The notes under the pieces are model-generated. The model made no database searches and was not told where the DNA came from. It saw only the letters and a list, made by a program, of their open reading frames with translations. The position numbers were made by a program, and so were the translations under genes. From a virus (Duplodnaviria > Caudoviricetes), in the IMG/VR virus record IMGVR_UViG_3300036987_000008, positions 2,551-66,550 of that record: a stretch of DNA of 64,000 bases, one strand, 5' to 3'. Positions 63,701-64,000 of this stretch are shown here, piece by piece. How positions within the stretch are numbered: position 1 is the first letter of the stretch; every line of letters begins with the position of its first letter.

Positions 63701-63724
63701 GGACAGCAGTTCAAACTGCTGTCC
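63701..63724. repeat. 24-bp palindromic element (exact reverse complement of the TTGA copies)
   Basis: GGACAGCAGT-TCAA-ACTGCTGTCC. Confidence 0.92.
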
Positions 63725-63743
63725 TCAATCAAAGGAGTGAATC

Positions 63744-64000
63744 ATGAAAGTAGAAATCGGACCAAAACGTATCGACGCAGTCCTCGACAATGCGAGAGAA
63801 CAGCTACATAAACGCTACCAACTGATGGTGCATAAACTAGACCCGTTCCAAGACGACGGTCTACAAGATGCGGCAGTAGTGGAAGCGGTCTTCCAAGACA
63901 GGGCTAATTACGCGTGGAGAGGGTACGAGGATGTGCGCGCTCGCATCCCAGGCGAGTGGTGCGAGAATGAGACTAGCATCCTAGTAGTGGTCGATGGGGT
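63744..64000 (+). CDS. Hypothetical protein, 3'-truncated by the window edge
   Basis: AAGGAG SD, ATG 63744, open to the end of the window. Confidence 0.6.
   Translation, partial: MKVEIGPKRIDAVLDNAREQLHKRYQLMVHKLDPFQDDGLQDAAVVEAVFQDRANYAWRGYEDVRARIPGEWCENETSILVVVDG

Noticed and set aside
58148-63724. Palindromes as N4-type hairpin promoters or integron attC sites
   Set aside because: There is no virion RNA polymerase or integron integrase in the window. The stem length and loop do not match N4 promoters, and the GTTRRRY/RYYYAAC boxes and extrahelical bases of attC are absent.
1-64000. tRNA genes, integrase/lysogeny module, stop-codon reassignment
   Set aside because: No cloverleaf or T-arm consensus was seen in intergenic gaps, no recombinase motifs were seen, and core genes read through intact in the standard code.

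Overview
This window is almost all of one dsDNA tailed-phage genome with a podovirus/P22-like layout. The spanin pair points to a Gram-negative host. The genome is circularly permuted and truncated ORFs run off both window edges. The rightward arm (55.2 kb to 64 kb, continuing at 1 to 19.7 kb) carries small early genes, a MoxR-type AAA ATPase, a HExxH peptidase-vWA protein and a DUF3150-like protein. It then carries a replication block: VRR-NUC nuclease, family A DNA polymerase, TraR/DksA-like protein, Cas4-like exonuclease, SNF2 helicase, putative SSB and a primase-helicase fusion. The leftward arm (54.8 kb to 19.7 kb) carries TerS, TerL, portal, GroES, scaffold, a Mu-gpT-type major capsid protein, adaptors, tail fibres, a lysis cassette (M15 endolysin, holin, RyR-domain protein, Rz with embedded Rz1), a tail hub, a GNAT and large ejection/polyvalent proteins. 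Four free-standing homing-endonuclease-like genes are present. I found no tRNA, rRNA, CRISPR array, integrase or RNA polymerase. The main unexplained signals are five. (1) Nine copies of a 24-bp palindrome (GGACAGCAGT-N4-ACTGCTGTCC) punctuate the early region in both orientations. (2) A 59-aa out-of-frame gene with its own Shine-Dalgarno is nested in the 1294-aa virion protein. (3) A short 'F/M/Y-A-x-G-G' motif is shared by five virion-arm proteins. (4) Two mutually exclusive RNA structures sit in front of the helicase. (5) Four mini winged-helix paralogues lie in tandem. Family assignments come from motif recognition and memory only; no searches were run.
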